Source: Neoconidiobolus thromboides FSU 785
Taxonomy: Eukaryota; Fungi; Entomophthoromycota
NCBI GenBank assembly: GCA_025603075.1
Contig: MU626351.1
Location: forward strand, 1 to 64,000
Length of the DNA stretch: 64,000 nucleotides
Direction: 5' to 3'
Every line of letters begins with the position of its first letter. Positions within the stretch are counted from its first letter, which is position 1. The notes under the pieces were generated by a model. That model did not search any database. It worked only from the letters and a program-made list of their open reading frames with translations, and had not been told where the DNA came from. The position numbers were made by a program, and so were the translations under genes. Below are positions 62,593 through 64,000 of the stretch, piece after piece.

Positions 62593-64000
62593 TATTTAAA
62601 AAGCAACAAGTTCGTAGGATAGTTTTTTCAGTTTATTTAAAACTAGAAGTGGAAAAAGCATAAACCCAAGTATACATTAAATACAATTGAAACAATTCTA
62701 TAAACATGAAAAAATAAAAGCGTCTTTAAAAATGGTAATAAATTGAGCTTGGAGATTTGACCCGGATGGTATAAAATTGTGATTAAAGAAGATGCACTGG
62801 TTAAATAAAACTATTACAGCTCTTTTTCGACCATTTGGACTATTTATTTAAGAATTTTCTTTTTGTTGAACTCAGTTAAAATATAAGAATCGAAATGTAA
62901 AAAAATTGCTATATAAATAATTTAACTATAAAAACGCTGCTAACAAAGTTGCAAAAGAACTGGAATAATAGGAATTTCAAAAAGGTTCTTGAAATTGTTT
63001 TAAGCCAATAAATTCCATAGTTTCGGCTTCTGCCTTTTTTTAGCCAAAAAACATATGGCGCTAATGTTTATGCTACTCTATCCCTGAAAATTTTCAACAA
63101 TGAATAAACCAGATACAGTAACAAAGATACTACCCGAAAGTTGCTAAAAATAGAAAATCGAGTTAGCTATAAAAGCAATTGATAATATATTCAAGTACCA
63201 ACCATTAACATTACTTTATGTAGATTTTATGTATCATTTACTGTAACCTAAAATTATCACTATTTGAAACTGGAATTTATTTATAGTTTGTTAAATAAAA
63301 AGAAGTAACTAAGGATTATTCAAGCTTTACTATTTTTTTAAAAAATCTTGAAAGGATAGACCAGCTCACAGCCAGTTATCTTTTATTGTTTTGAATTTGT
63401 AACAGATTTTTTTAGCCTGAACTTAAGGATCACAGCTTTCTTATATTCTTAAATTCATATTAAATAGTTTAACTACGAACTGAAAACAACAAAAGGCATA
63501 AACTACAGGCAATTTTATAAACCCTCAGACATTTTAATAATATTGAAAGTATTTGTTAAATTTATATCATATGAATCGTTTTAAGGAAGCTTACTATATT
63601 TTAAATTAACAAATATGAATACATTCAATTTTATAAAAAATGAAATAAAAAAGTTCATGAACTAATATAAATTAACAATCGATTTTTTATGTTTAAAAGC
63701 TATATATGAAACAATATTTATCTTATCAAGTTTTAAAAATATTTCAAAAGTTAATATTTAAAATAATATTTATGCAGGCTACTCTTATCAATTGAAGTAC
63801 TTAAATTGAGATAAATTATAAAAAAACTTATAAAGTAATGCTTAAATCAGCTTTTTTTCTACATTTTATTATATTTTTTGAAAATGCCATAAAATGTTTA
63901 AACAAGATATATTTAAAAAAACGAAAAAATTTTAAGAATCAATCGAGAATACTTTAAACACTTATTTATTTTACGATTGCTTTTTATGATACACTTATCC

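Overview
AT-rich eukaryotic DNA with many short (about 45-70 nt) GT-AG introns. The gene content is fungal and probably from an early-diverging lineage (inference, not a firm assignment). Compact gene islands hold LRO1/PDAT, OST3/6, SEC5, an SNT1-like SANT protein, ATG15, ILV3, a TMEM70-like gene, tRNA-Glu(TTC), POP1, a RhoGAP, IVD, a five-exon PEX39-like KPWE gene absent from the ORF track, maleylacetoacetate isomerase, an Opy2-like membrane protein, UBR7, a CE4 deacetylase-like protein lacking its metal ligands, a CX3C GPI protein and a Grainyhead/CP2 factor. Between them lie deserts of pseudogenes (two F-box/LRR paralogues, an ATG15 relic, an OYE) and mobile DNA. The most striking unexplained structure is a three-part mobile system. 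(i) A ~98-bp MITE with GGG(G/A)...CCC ends and 4-bp A/T-rich target-site duplications (TSDs) occurs at least 20 times. (ii) A dead DDE transposase with Sola-like motifs sits in the densest MITE cluster. (iii) A 464-bp TGTGAAAT...ATTTCACA solo-LTR-like element has three copies, all at or within 10 bp of a MITE terminus, and one has a perfect 5-bp TSD made from the MITE end itself. Multi-exon gene coordinates span start to stop and were read by eye; no database searches were run.
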